Positions 29,301 through 39,330 of a stretch of DNA of 64,000 nt are shown here, one piece after another. The DNA lies in NCBI GenBank assembly GCA_963782525.1, contig CAWAKC010000004.1:1-64000 (forward strand). Direction: 5' to 3'. The first letter of the stretch is position 1. Each line of letters starts with the position of its first letter. A program made the translations under genes and the position numbers. The notes under the pieces are model-generated. The model saw only the letters and a program-made list of their open reading frames with translations, searched no databases and was not told the origin of the DNA. This DNA comes from Candidatus Bathyarchaeota archaeon (GTDB lineage: Archaea > Thermoproteota > Bathyarchaeia > Bathyarchaeales > Bathycorpusculaceae).

Positions 29301-29573
29301 TATAAAACTCCATTTCGATGTTAGAAATACTGCAGCACCATTTAAATGGCGTCTAACATAATCCCTGAGCCGCTTTCTTCTGTTAAGATTAAGCATGTTA
29401 TTTTTCTGAATGTTAACATAATACGAAAGATTCCTGGAAATCCAATTTAAAGATAGAATGTTCTTTATTGAAACGACGCTGCGATCCACAAGTAATCGAG
29501 TTCTTTGCAATATCTGCGGATTTGAGATGAAACCTTTCAGTTTCTTAATTACGTGAAGATATCGCCCTCCCAC
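26391..29573 (-). CDS. Large membrane protein: N-terminal multi-TM region, helical middle, C-terminal HK97-capsid-like domain
   Basis: About 4 hydrophobic helices; C-terminal ~275 aa show capsid-like motifs in the expected order (see findings). Antisense to the structural genes; AT-rich. Confidence 0.75.
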   Translation of the reverse strand: MGGRYLHVIKKLKGFISNPQILQRTRLLVDRSVVSIKNILSLNWISRNLSYYVNIQKNNMLNLNRRKRLRDYVRRHLNGAAVFLTSKWSFIAVFLLLSLYFIFPIDRTIYAATPVLGWKDNYYLTLWQVYGAIVGLSFVALFFSYEAFFSRVTSNFKNLEFRFRREFYQKTFVQPLLFFNLFSLVYVGIVINTIQAFQSVTLLILSIISICLLFAKAISFFESDEMEKTRSRILQTEIVDSIDADLNRRLSTNLLIKVSEKSQNIKFELFTVGEKNRKLIQLSVNERERISDIAIDKIASIIKPNKIYIKKAIGDIVSPQYSIVGAVPAEINDNSIRRLKSCFKLKSEPLRKDLHLALDDIAQQLQIAVNSGNVKDLERSLELYYRSLEEFLRTLQLYGIRYSPEQAKQGEILHEWEPIFIIQHDFYQLIENSVEKGNKEIIRVEVNFIRDILSLANENDDYLIFNRFKNFLANTYSIALDIESKSHRNAIIGLVIDTISEFTATQLLHLAHSEMTKKQVEKYQEYSIDLILLFEQMLKTSLDACSIEGFKRVQNSLDLILTNYEPERDRPYAEEIEATLMNRSLGPQERKQLNEQVEIARAKNQLKLDLENLRLEVWFGIGGWISQLYLENKYNEAQTADFLKVVLSHFKNLQALSTVYAGVDTLYPSFTHSWKWWDTRDTPPGIVFGLSGNEQWLGRFFCISGIILTPKEIGPNDSLSPTKDSESILNTVKNICGDIIANPNKWTLIMQLSPDEINVRAHNFIKMHERTAERQKQIQAQELISQPIDDKKVLDFKGKVTAAWQNSSSLRYLITKIGNYSEKSVVSEVPLLGLQNWVPKNEFVKNPQAIVCGIENFGQAMGRGENSRILSVFLSNGTHFNTTEEELLAKIAEVNLEMETKNINVNAILTGSRKLIRMFQKSSLYQPYWSIKGSTYEKLHGYEGNLGALPVFFVHELENETICLVDLKKIGTFCQYKVEESDTEVLNIKIQIIDCEKAKELIKANPKLGQNDKGDTLPEIEAVDKLRQLVLVRITERMDFEIAQKDACSVLKVQPTANLR

Positions 29574-29734
29574 CTGTCACTCGCCCGTTTAATCATTAAA
29601 CGTTATATCGCTTTATATATTTAAAAAAATCCAGTACATTAATTCACGGTGTATTATTAGTCGGAGTTTTAACTAACACGGCAAGTGTTATTAAAACAAA
29701 CAAGCAATAAAGTAGCATTCCAGAGGTCTCTTGT

Positions 29735-32240
29735 ATGCCCACTAAAAAAGACGAAGAAGTAAAACAGTACATACACGACGAAGCCAAAAGAGCCAACAAC
29801 CCACCTGTAGGATTAGTCACCGCAGAAACCGACCATCTAAACGGCAAAAAAACCTACCAATTCGACCCACATATAGACCCACAATTACTATGGGCAGGAA
29901 AGGCTGAGGGATTAAGTTTCGAGGTGGATACCGTTTCTTTACACGTCCATGAAAGAATCGACCCCCTAACAATCATAGAGGCAGTTAAGAAAAAAGAGAT
30001 AACCGAACAAAAAAGTCTCTTCCATTACTTCGAAACTAAAGAAAACAACCCACCCATAAGAGAAGCAATAGAATTCTACAAACACAACCAAGGATGGAGC
30101 AACCGACTAATCGCAGGCGACTCACTGCTCGTTATGAATTCTCTACTCGAAAAAGAAGGCATGGCTGGCAAAATGCAAATGATATACATAGACCCGCCCT
30201 ATGGTGTTAAGTATGGGTCAAATTTTCAGCCTTTTATAAATAAGAAAGATGTAAAGGATGGAAAAGACCAAGACCTAAGCCAAGAACCGGAGACAATCAA
30301 GGCATTTCGAGATACTTGGGAGCTAGGCATTCATTCATACTTGTCATATTTACGCAACCGGCTTCTTCCAGCAAGAGAATTATTGCATGAATCTGGAAGC
30401 GTCTTTGTTCAAATTTCTGACGAAAACATTCATCACGTACGAGAAATATGCGATGAGATTTTCGGTGTTAACAATTTTTGCGCTTTAATTGCTTTTCAAA
30501 AGACAATTTCTTCTTCGAGCCGAATTCTGCCTATTGTTACTGATTACTTAATCTGGTATGCTAAAGATGCCAAAAAAGTGAAGTATAGACAACTTTTCTC
30601 AGATAAAATGCTCAGTGTAGGCATTAAGGAGTATCAATGGTGTGAGTCTCCTGATGGCAAATTTAGAAGAAAGCTAACAAAAGAGGAATCGGAGAACCGT
30701 AACAAAATTCCGAACGGTTGGAAGTCATTTAGGCAGAGTGATTTAACCTCTCAAGGATGGTATGAGGAAAGAGGCTTCAAGTATCAATTTGAAGGTGAAT
30801 TCTTTGTTCCAGGCGCTAATAGACATTGGAGCATCAGCAAAGAGGGATTGGATCACCTTTCAGAACTTAATAGGCTCGTCAAAAGAGGTGAATCTCTGGC
30901 ATTTGTACGTTATCTTGAGGATCAACCAGTATTTCCAATTTCAAATAATTGGGCAGATGTCGCTTTCAGTAGTCGATCAGAGGATAAAATATACGTCGTA
31001 CAAACAAGTGAGAAACCCATTACACGTTGTATGCTAATGACAACAGACCCGGGAGACCTAGGTCCTAGATCCTACTTGTGGCTCGGGAACAACTGCTAAT
31101 GTAGCTGAGCAATGGGGTCGTCGTTGGATAACTTGCGATACCTCGCGTGTGGCTATTACGCTTGCTAAACAGAGACTAATGACAGCAATTTTTGACTACT
31201 ACCAGCTTGCCCATCCAAAAGAGGGAGTTTCAAGTGGTTTCACTTACAAGGAAGTTCCAGATGTGAGTTTACATTCTATTGCTATTAGCGGGCAAGCGGA
31301 AGCCATAGTACTTTACGACACGCCGCTAATTGACTCTTCCAAAAAAAGGGTGGCGGGGCCGTTTACAACAGAAGCCGTACCTTCGCAGAGAGTCAAGAGC
31401 TTTGATGAGGTTATCGGAAGCGCTACTGAAGCGGATATTAGCATAGCCCGTTCAGGGGAAACATTACGACAAAACGATTGGATTTCTGAGCTCCTTGCAA
31501 CCGGTATACGGGGCAAGGGGGGACAAATTATAGAATTTGTTCGTATTGAACCCATGAGTGGAACACAATGGATTCAGGCAGATGCCGAAACTAAGGATGG
31601 AAAACGAGCGGTTATTTCTTTTGGACCTGATTACGCGCCGATGGGAATTACACAGGTGAACCGAGCGCTTGAAGAAGCACAGGAGTTGATTCCCAAGCCT
31701 AAACTTGTTGTATTTGCATCATTTCAATTCGACCCCGAAGCGGCAAAGAATCTAGACAAAACGAACTGGCCTGGAGTCACAATCCTAAAAGTGCAGATGA
31801 ATACTGATCTACTTACGGCAGACCTTAAGAAAAAGCGTGCAAGCAACGAGTCTTTCTGGCTAATGGGGCAACCAGATATTGAGCTCAAGAAGCAAGGCAA
31901 CAAGTATGTTGTAATCGTTAATGGCTTTGATTATTATAATACTAAGACAGGGGAAATTGAATCTGGCGATGCGTCAAAGATTGCTATGTGGGAGCTTGAC
32001 ATTGATTATGATGGAAGAAGTCTTTATCCGCGGCAGGTATTCTTCCCGATGGCTGGTTTAGATGAAGGCTGGAGCAAGCTGGCAAAGACTCTGAAAGCTC
32101 AAATTGATGAAGAAAAAATTGAGAACTACCACGGCAACACGTCTTTACCCTTTAAACTCGGTAATAACAAGCAAATAGCGGTCAAAATCATCGACGACCG
32201 TGGAATTGAATCCCTAAAAATCATGCGGGTAAGAGAATGA
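29735..32240 (+). pseudogene. mod: Type III-like Mod DNA methyltransferase broken by a 1-bp insertion at ~31061
   Basis: IYIDPPYG in the first ORF; removing one G restores [14 protein letters not shown] (motif I) and joins 31149-32240. Confidence 0.85.
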
Positions 32241-35020
32241 CTGATACAACTGACCGCCTAATTATCTGTAGCCCGTATGAGATGCCCCAGAAGCACTTGA
32301 GCTATAATCGGGAGATTAGGAAGTTTGAGCTTGTTGAGGGACGCAGAAGAGCAGGATATATTGTGGCCACTGAGGATTCCAGGGCATTCGATGACCCAGG
32401 GCATTTCATTCCCCTAGAAGAGGTTAACAAAATCCGTGAAAGAGTAGACAAGTGGCGGGATGCAAGCTATCCTGGCATAACAACAGTAACCAAAGAACTA
32501 CTTGAGCACTGGATTAACCCTGAGCGGGAACCACGCTTGTTTTTCTGCCAAATCGAAGCTATAGAAACGCTCATATGGTTACTTGAAGCACCTGAAAAAG
32601 AGCGGCAGGGTATTGCAATCAAGGGCGATGGTAGCGCTTTTCAGCGTGTCTGCTCTAAAATGGCTACTGGCAGTGGAAAAACTATTGTTATGGCGATGCT
32701 GATTGCATGGCAAGCTATCAACAAAGTGACTTATCCAAAAGATGGCAGATTCTCAAAAAACTTTCTGGTCGTTTCACCTGGATTAACAGTGAAAAACCGA
32801 CTTCAAGTGCTCTATTCTACAAATGAACAAGATTACTATCACGCGTTTGATATCGTCCCATCAGATATGTTCGATAAGCTGAGGCAAGCTAACATTAAAG
32901 TCATAAATTGGCATATGCTCTCATGGGAATCCCAAGAACAACTAGCACGGAAACACACAGTTGATAAACGCGGTGTGAAAAGCGATGAAGCCTATACACG
33001 CGAAGTCCTCGGAGAAATGGCAAACGCCAAAAACCTCATAGTAATAAACGATGAAGCACACCATGCATGGCGAGAAAACCCAGAAGCAATCGGCAAGTAT
33101 CAAAGAGAACGTGATTTGAAAGATAGCGCGGAAGAAGCAACCGTTTGGATAGGTGGATTAGATAGAATTAACAAAACTCGGGGCATTCTACGATGCCACG
33201 ACTTTTCAGCCACACCATTTTATCCATCAGGCAAAAAAGCCTCAGAGGAAAACCTGTTTAGTTGGATAGTTAGCGATTTTGGCTTAAACGACGCAATAGA
33301 ATCAGGCTTGGTGAAAACTCCTTGCGTTGTAATTCGGGACGATGGCCGGCTAACTAAGCAGATGAAATCAAGGTTCTATCATATCTACGCTGACCCCGAT
33401 GTTAAAGGCGACATCAATCGACAAGCTGAAGAGAATGAACCCTTGCCTGACCTAATCAATACAGCATACATGCATTTGGGTAAGCATTGGGCAGAAACTC
33501 TCGATCTTTGGAAGAAGAACAAGGTTGAGACGCCACCCGTAATGATAACCGTTTGCAACAGGACGGAAACCGCTGCCAGAGTAGAGTACGCCTTTAACCA
33601 CAAAAAAATAAAGGTTGAAGGATTAAATGACTCCACAAAAACATTGAGAATTGACTCTAAAATTATGGCAGAAGCCGAAAGCAAAGAAGAAGCGGCTGAA
33701 AAAGAGGCTGAACATGAGAAGAAGCAAACCCAAAGCGACAGGGCTGATTTTCTGCGCGAACAGGTAAATACAGTGGGCGTTGTAGGCAAACCAGGTGAGC
33801 AAATTCAAAATGTCATTTCAGTGGGAATGTTGACTGAGGGTTGGGATGCCAAAACCGTTACTCATATCATGGGTTTGAGGGCTTTTACTAGCCAGTTGCT
33901 ATGTGAACAGGTGGTTGGCAGAGGATTAAGAAGAACATCATACGATGTAGACCCAGAAACTGGGCTTTACGCTCCAGAGTACGTTAACATCTTTGGCATA
34001 CCCTTCACGTTTCTGCCCCATGAAGGCGGCGAAGATACACCTCCACCGCCACCAAAACCAAGGACGCGAATCTACCCAGACCCAGACAAGAAACAATACG
34101 AAATTACATGGCCAAATATCGTTAGAATCAACCATACCTACACACCAAAACTAACCCTCGATGTTTCAAAGGTAAAACGCATTGAACTGCGACCGGAAGA
34201 AACTCCGCTTAGCTCAGATTTGGCAGCGATGATTGAAGGCAAACCCAACGCTAAATTCCTTACAGAAATCAACTTGGCAGATAAAACGGTCGAAAACTAT
34301 TTACAGGCTGTAAGAAGGCAGCGGTTGATTTTTGAGATTTCAAAGGAAATATACGACCAGATGATGCCGAATTGGCAGGGTAGCAAAGAATACTTGCTTA
34401 TTCAACTGGTTAAGATGGTTGAGGACTTCATCGATTCCAACAAAGTATTCATCTATAGTTTAGCCTACCGTGAAGACGACTTGCGAAGAAGGCTCCTCAT
34501 ACTTCTAAACATGAACAAAATAGTTCACCACATCTTTACTGCGATTAAATTTAAAAATACACAGCAGACTGCGCCGATTTTCAACAAAGAGCAAGCCATC
34601 AAATCAACCGAGAATATGATGACTTGGTTTACAACTCGTCCCTGTGAACATACTAAAAGAAGCCATATCAGTCAAATCGTAGTAGACAGCACTTGGGAAA
34701 TGACTGAAGCCTTTGAGTTGGATCGGAACCCAGATGTTGTGGCTTGGGCAAAAAATGACCATCTTGGCTTTACTATTAGCTACATCTTCCGAGGAGTCAT
34801 CCACAAGTACTACCCTGACTTTCTCATCAAACTATCAAACGGCAAAACCCTAATATTGGAAGTCAAAGGCAGAGATGATCAACAAAACAAAACCAAACGC
34901 GAATACCTCAACGAATGGGTCGAAGCTGTCAATGCAGACGGTAGATTCGGTAAATGGGCATGGGATGTTTCCTTTAGAACTTCAGATATTAAAGACAAAA
35001 TAAAGAAACACTCGGGCTAA
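32237..35020 (+). CDS. res: Type III-like restriction subunit (SF2 helicase + PD-(D/E)xK nuclease)
   Basis: [35 protein letters not shown]...LEVKG; overlaps the mod stop (ATGA). Confidence 0.9.
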   Translation: MTDTTDRLIICSPYEMPQKHLSYNREIRKFELVEGRRRAGYIVATEDSRAFDDPGHFIPLEEVNKIRERVDKWRDASYPGITTVTKELLEHWINPEREPRLFFCQIEAIETLIWLLEAPEKERQGIAIKGDGSAFQRVCSKMATGSGKTIVMAMLIAWQAINKVTYPKDGRFSKNFLVVSPGLTVKNRLQVLYSTNEQDYYHAFDIVPSDMFDKLRQANIKVINWHMLSWESQEQLARKHTVDKRGVKSDEAYTREVLGEMANAKNLIVINDEAHHAWRENPEAIGKYQRERDLKDSAEEATVWIGGLDRINKTRGILRCHDFSATPFYPSGKKASEENLFSWIVSDFGLNDAIESGLVKTPCVVIRDDGRLTKQMKSRFYHIYADPDVKGDINRQAEENEPLPDLINTAYMHLGKHWAETLDLWKKNKVETPPVMITVCNRTETAARVEYAFNHKKIKVEGLNDSTKTLRIDSKIMAEAESKEEAAEKEAEHEKKQTQSDRADFLREQVNTVGVVGKPGEQIQNVISVGMLTEGWDAKTVTHIMGLRAFTSQLLCEQVVGRGLRRTSYDVDPETGLYAPEYVNIFGIPFTFLPHEGGEDTPPPPPKPRTRIYPDPDKKQYEITWPNIVRINHTYTPKLTLDVSKVKRIELRPEETPLSSDLAAMIEGKPNAKFLTEINLADKTVENYLQAVRRQRLIFEISKEIYDQMMPNWQGSKEYLLIQLVKMVEDFIDSNKVFIYSLAYREDDLRRRLLILLNMNKIVHHIFTAIKFKNTQQTAPIFNKEQAIKSTENMMTWFTTRPCEHTKRSHISQIVVDSTWEMTEAFELDRNPDVVAWAKNDHLGFTISYIFRGVIHKYYPDFLIKLSNGKTLILEVKGRDDQQNKTKREYLNEWVEAVNADGRFGKWAWDVSFRTSDIKDKIKKHSG

Positions 35021-35029
35021 GGGCAGAAT

Positions 35030-35896
35030 ATGAGCGTTGAAAACCTGTTACCCTCGTTCAGCGATTTAGGAAACATATCCTTAATAGTGTTGGCCGCGGT
35101 GGCAGCTCTTTTCTATTTTGGAAAGTTATCTTCAAGCGTTAAGATCGAACAATACGAGAAAGATGACTATTATATTGAAGGTTTTTTCTTTGCTTTCTTT
35201 TATGTAGGCATTCCGTTTATCTTAGTGTTGGGGCTATCAGAGCTATTTACCCAGCACTTTCCAGGCTTCACATGGCAAACAAACAACATCCTTCTGGTCA
35301 TAGCAATTCTGACCGAGGCAATAATCACATATCTCTTAGCTGCTACAATTACATTTAACCACTCAAGGTTTACTCTGTTTTCTCAACTGAAGGAAGCCTA
35401 TACGAAGGCATATAACAAAGAAAAAGCGAAGAAATCACTACTCATAGCATCAGCCGAAAAGGCAACAGCAAAACTAAACATAAACCTCTCTGAAGACTCC
35501 CTGAACGCTCAAAGTAGTCTGGCGGATACAGTCTGCCGACCGATAACAATTTTCTTGACGTCACTAATTCTGGTATTAGTTGCTTATGCTACTTTTATTT
35601 CGCCCCCACCTATCGTTGTTTTTAGTTCTACTGAAATCTCAATAGTTCTTTATGTTCTAACGTTTGTAAATCTAACTTTTTTAGCACTCGCTTTTGGCTA
35701 TATCAATGTCTACCATCCTCCAGCAACCATTCACTTGGATGATGGAACAAAAATTGAGGGAAAACTAGTCAAAATAGGCAAATTCCTGTACATAGTAAGT
35801 GAAAAAGATCATCATAAGATTTTCATAAACTCAGAAAAGGTTGTTCGAGTAGAAGAGGACATGTTCAAAGTAGAAAGCGATGAAAAGGCGGAATGA
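35030..35896 (+). CDS. Multi-TM protein with C-terminal Sm/LSm-like beta domain
   Basis: About 5 hydrophobic segments; ATIHLDDGTKIEGKLV...KIFINSEKVVRVE. Confidence 0.6.
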   Translation: MSVENLLPSFSDLGNISLIVLAAVAALFYFGKLSSSVKIEQYEKDDYYIEGFFFAFFYVGIPFILVLGLSELFTQHFPGFTWQTNNILLVIAILTEAIITYLLAATITFNHSRFTLFSQLKEAYTKAYNKEKAKKSLLIASAEKATAKLNINLSEDSLNAQSSLADTVCRPITIFLTSLILVLVAYATFISPPPIVVFSSTEISIVLYVLTFVNLTFLALAFGYINVYHPPATIHLDDGTKIEGKLVKIGKFLYIVSEKDHHKIFINSEKVVRVEEDMFKVESDEKAE

Positions 35897-35905
35897 TATT
35901 GCATG

Positions 35906-36205
35906 CTATTCTTCTGGTTCAACCTCTAAATGGACCGTAATGCGCTCTATGTCCTTTTCAGTCATCAAATCCTCTTGCGTTCGGTTGTCAACTATGCCGT
36001 CGGCTATGCTCTGGACGATATAACTGCAAATAAAACATAATGGAATATTTACTAAAGTATGGTCTTTATCTTTGTTGAAAGGCAACGTGACAAGCTCATC
36101 TTCGGTTACGCCGGTGGCCCACGCACCCTTAGCCTTTAGTCTGATGAGTTCTTCTGCAACTTCTTTTTTGGTTCTTTTGCACATCCAACATCTCTTCTCA
36201 TTCAA
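35906..36205 (-). CDS. Small C4 zinc-finger protein
   Basis: RCWMCKR...LCFIC, ClpX-type-like spacing. Confidence 0.55.
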   Translation of the reverse strand: MNEKRCWMCKRTKKEVAEELIRLKAKGAWATGVTEDELVTLPFNKDKDHTLVNIPLCFICSYIVQSIADGIVDNRTQEDLMTEKDIERITVHLEVEPEE

Positions 36206-36211
36206 GATAAA

Positions 36212-36640
36212 TCACCGATTAATGCCAGATTTTCTTTCTCGTTTAAACTCGTCGTATTTGTAGAGTACTTCACTTATCTGGCTGCGGATAAATTGCTCTG
36301 GTGAGCGGTAAGTTGTTCCCATTTCTTTTAGGGCTTCTTCTAGCTCATCGTATTGTTCGCGTGAGACCTCTACATACTCGTTGTCGTTTTTGAGTCTCTC
36401 GAGTCTTACTCTTATGGCGTCTCGTACGAAGTCCTCTTTGTTGACAAAGCCCCTGTCTTTGTTTTCTTCGATGAAGTTTTGCACTTTGGCGATGACTTCT
36501 GGGGGTAGTATAACTGATTGTTCCATTAGTGCGTTTAGGGCGTCTTGGTAGGTTTGCATTTTGTTGGTTTCTGCTGTGAGTTCGCCTAGTAGTCCGGTTA
36601 GTTTGCTGTGGATGTCGTCGGAGATTTTTATGGCTTTCAT
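36212..36640 (-). CDS. Multi-RHH transcription regulator (repressor candidate)
   Basis: Three ribbon-helix-helix-like units: MKAIKISDDIH, SVILPPEV...KEDFVRDAIR, YVEVSREQY...EQFIR. Confidence 0.7.
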   Translation of the reverse strand: MKAIKISDDIHSKLTGLLGELTAETNKMQTYQDALNALMEQSVILPPEVIAKVQNFIEENKDRGFVNKEDFVRDAIRVRLERLKNDNEYVEVSREQYDELEEALKEMGTTYRSPEQFIRSQISEVLYKYDEFKRERKSGINR

Positions 36641-36664
36641 ACTGTTTTTCGCCTTTTGATTGAG

Positions 36665-36726
36665 GTAGGATTAGTAGGATTAGATTTATAAGGTTATCCA
36701 AAGTAAACGCAGTTAACTAAGTTAAC
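36665..36726. promoter_or_regulatory. Divergent promoter with two pairs of 9-bp-periodic direct repeats
   Basis: GTAGGATTA x2 (36665-36682), TTTATAA box (~36685-36691), AGTTAAC x2 (36711, 36720). Confidence 0.65.
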
Positions 36727-36735
36727 CATAAGGGG

Positions 36736-36963
36736 ATGTGTAAGATGAAAGCAAAAGTCGGATTCACCATCGATCAAGAGGTCTTAAAGGAAATAGACGC
36801 CCTAAGAGACCTAGCTACACGTAGCGCCTTCGCCAACGAAATCCTCAAACAAGGACTCAGAGCATACAAGTCAACCCACAAGAAACCTAAAGCGCCTTAC
36901 CCAGCTATAACCATTGATACCGCTGAGGAAACAGCGTTAGCGATGCCGAGGGACAAGCAATGA
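36736..36963 (+). CDS. RHH/CopG-like regulator
   Basis: KVGFTIDQEVLKEID...TRSAFANEIL. Confidence 0.72.
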   Translation: MCKMKAKVGFTIDQEVLKEIDALRDLATRSAFANEILKQGLRAYKSTHKKPKAPYPAITIDTAEETALAMPRDKQ

Positions 36964-37199
36964 TGCAACCCCATAGGATTTGCCCTTTAGCCGCAGCCCA
37001 CCCTCGACAAGAAAACAGCGATTGCCTGGGCGAAGCGTGCGCATGCCACGTAAAGATGCAAAAGCCCCGCTTAATGCAAACAGGCAACACCAGCATTGTT
37101 GATCTAGAGAGTTTCTATCGCTATGTCGGATGCGGACTGGTGGCACATATTCCCTGGGAACTTGTCAACTTCGAAAAGATTCCAGAATCAAACAAGTAA
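36960..37199 (+). CDS. Small Cys-rich protein
   Basis: RICPL...CLGEACAC...GCGLV; ATGA overlap with the upstream gene. Confidence 0.55.
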   Translation: MMQPHRICPLAAAHPRQENSDCLGEACACHVKMQKPRLMQTGNTSIVDLESFYRYVGCGLVAHIPWELVNFEKIPESNK

Positions 37200-37219
37200 C
37201 CTAACAATAAAATGAAGAG

Positions 37220-37663
37220 GTGTGGGAGGGAATGGCTATTCTCGCTACAAATTCTAAGAAGAGCACCAATGAAGCCAGTGTAAGTTTTGGCGAGTCGGCT
37301 ACTGTAAATGCCGCTGGCAATGGCTCCCAAATCCTAAAAGCCGTTTATATCCGCTACAGAGACCACGTGTTTTTCAGAAACGTCCAGACACCAGCAGCTC
37401 AAGCAATCATACGGGAAACAATAGGCTGGATTAAAGAAGAAAACGATGAAGTTATGCTTATCGAATGCGATAGACCTCTCCCCGAGTGCCACAGCGGCTT
37501 TAACGGCGTGGTTGTAATCAAAAGCTGCATTGTCGCCATGGTATCTCTCAATTTTGAGCATGTTTTAAATTGTCCAGCCACTTTACTAAAGAATCGAGTA
37601 TGCGCTCCTAGCCAAAGAAGCGAAAAACTCACCCCTAAAAACAAACGGAAGGGGCGAAATTGA
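37220..37663 (+). CDS. Hypothetical protein upstream of the integrase (start probably ATG 37232)
   Basis: GGGAGG SD; stop overlaps the integrase start. Confidence 0.55.
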   Translation: MWEGMAILATNSKKSTNEASVSFGESATVNAAGNGSQILKAVYIRYRDHVFFRNVQTPAAQAIIRETIGWIKEENDEVMLIECDRPLPECHSGFNGVVVIKSCIVAMVSLNFEHVLNCPATLLKNRVCAPSQRSEKLTPKNKRKGRN

Positions 37664-39117
37664 TAGAGAGAAAGACGCAAAATACAGCAATCGCAATAGA
37701 GCGAAAACGTAACCTCACCGTTGATGACTTAAAAAAACTCAATCTGCCACTACAATTCCAAGGTCAACTCGTCATTATCGAAAAAAGCCTCAACAACATC
37801 CGCCTGCAAAATCCCATTAGCTTAGAGCTCAGCAAAATCTTAGCGACTGGAGAAATAGGACTCGCAGACTACATCATACGCAGCTGCCTCAACAAGTACC
37901 CAAACATGATCCCCTACATCTTTGAACATCAAAGCATGGTCAAGATGTCCCGACACTTTCTACGTCACTGCAGCGGCTCCCATGAGAGCTGTCCTGGATA
38001 TGCACTCCGATTCAAAAAATACGCCGACTGGCTCGGATACAGCCCTGACTTAATAATCCAAGACGTCAAACCCGTAGGCGCAATCCCCGACCCCCTAAAA
38101 GTGCAAAACCACTGCGGATTCTTAAGCGACTACCTAGCAGCCCTCCAAGATAGCGACCTAAAGCCCGGCGCAGTCTGCAACTACATCAAAGCAGTCAAAA
38201 CCTTCTACCGCACCAACGGAGTAAAAAAGATTGAACTAGACGAACCGTTGAGCCGAAATATATCTCACAAAGACAGAGCACCCAAACCCGAAGAACTAAC
38301 CGTAATGCTAGACAAAGCCGCTATACGCGAAAGTTTTGTTATCGCAGGCATAGCAACAGGAGGCTTTAGAGAAGGCACCTTTGCCAAACTAAAATACCGC
38401 CACGTCAAAGAAGACTTAGAAGCAAACCGCATACCGATCCACATCCACGTTGAAGCAGACATAACCAAGGGCAAATACCACGACTACGACACATTTCTAA
38501 ACGCTGAAGCCTGTCACCTCTTAAAACTCTACATCGACCAAAGAAAACAGGGCACCCGAGGAGTGTCACCGGAAGAAATTACTGACGAATCACCGCTGAT
38601 CAGAAACAGCCGTGTTGCGAACAGAGTCTTAGGAGTCACCGAAAAAACCATCCGCCAAATCGTGCATGACTCCGCTGTCGAAGCAAAGGTCGCTAAAAAA
38701 CTACCTAACAGCTGGATGTATAGCGTAAGAACACACAGCCTCAGAAAATTCTTCAGAACCCAATTAAGCGCATCGAAGATCGACGACGAAATCATCAAGT
38801 ACATGATGGGAAAAACCATCGACACATACGAAGACGTGCAGAGTTTAGGCATTGAAACCCTTAGAAATCTATACGCTGCTGCAGGCTTAGCAATCAGACC
38901 CAAAACTAAAGTCAACCGGATTGATCAACTCAAAGAAATCATACGCGCCTGGGGAGAAAACCCTGAACAAATACTTTCAAAGGATGTCTTGTTGCGCGGC
39001 AACCAAACCGTTTACTGCGCGGGCGCACAAAGTGATGAGCAGATCAATAGTCATCAGCTATCTGTTCTTGCAACGGAGCTTAAACAGATTATACGCAAAG
39101 AGGTTACAGAAAAATGA
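37660..39117 (+). CDS. int: Tyrosine recombinase/integrase
   Basis: Catalytic R (GGFREG), K (TKGK), HSLRKFF, MMGK and Y (DTY); SAM-like N-domain; adjacent to a tRNA. Confidence 0.92.
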   Translation: MIERKTQNTAIAIERKRNLTVDDLKKLNLPLQFQGQLVIIEKSLNNIRLQNPISLELSKILATGEIGLADYIIRSCLNKYPNMIPYIFEHQSMVKMSRHFLRHCSGSHESCPGYALRFKKYADWLGYSPDLIIQDVKPVGAIPDPLKVQNHCGFLSDYLAALQDSDLKPGAVCNYIKAVKTFYRTNGVKKIELDEPLSRNISHKDRAPKPEELTVMLDKAAIRESFVIAGIATGGFREGTFAKLKYRHVKEDLEANRIPIHIHVEADITKGKYHDYDTFLNAEACHLLKLYIDQRKQGTRGVSPEEITDESPLIRNSRVANRVLGVTEKTIRQIVHDSAVEAKVAKKLPNSWMYSVRTHSLRKFFRTQLSASKIDDEIIKYMMGKTIDTYEDVQSLGIETLRNLYAAAGLAIRPKTKVNRIDQLKEIIRAWGENPEQILSKDVLLRGNQTVYCAGAQSDEQINSHQLSVLATELKQIIRKEVTEK

Positions 39118-39152
39118 CCATCAAAAACAGTACTTATTACGTTACAACTAGG

Positions 39153-39227
39153 CGGGTCCGACGGGAATTGAACCCGCGACCCTCGGATTAAGAGTCCGAT
39201 GCTCTAGCCTGACTGAGCTACGGACCC
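39153..39227 (-). tRNA. tRNA-Lys (anticodon CTT), intronless, CCA not encoded
   Basis: GGGTCCG/CGGACCC acceptor stem, TAGCTCAG D arm, TCGGA-CTCTTAA-TCCGA anticodon arm, GGTTCAATTCCC T arm. Confidence 0.96.
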
Positions 39228-39330
39228 GCGTGGTTTGAAAAAGGGTTTCATTGAGCAATATAGAGCTTGTGGTTTTGTTGTTGCAGCCTGATGCAGGGAA
39301 GACTAAATAGAAAGAGGCGCTCTAGTTTTT

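Larger units (their letters stand above)
1..39152. mobile_element. Integrated tailed provirus (Caudoviricetes-like, siphovirus-type), ~39 kb, integrated at tRNA-Lys
   Basis: Co-oriented terminase-portal-protease-capsid-neck-tail-tape measure-fibre genes; tyrosine integrase ending ~35 bp from a tRNA 3' end; host housekeeping genes resume beyond the tRNA. Left end inferred only (imperfect inverted repeat at 13-34). Confidence 0.88.
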
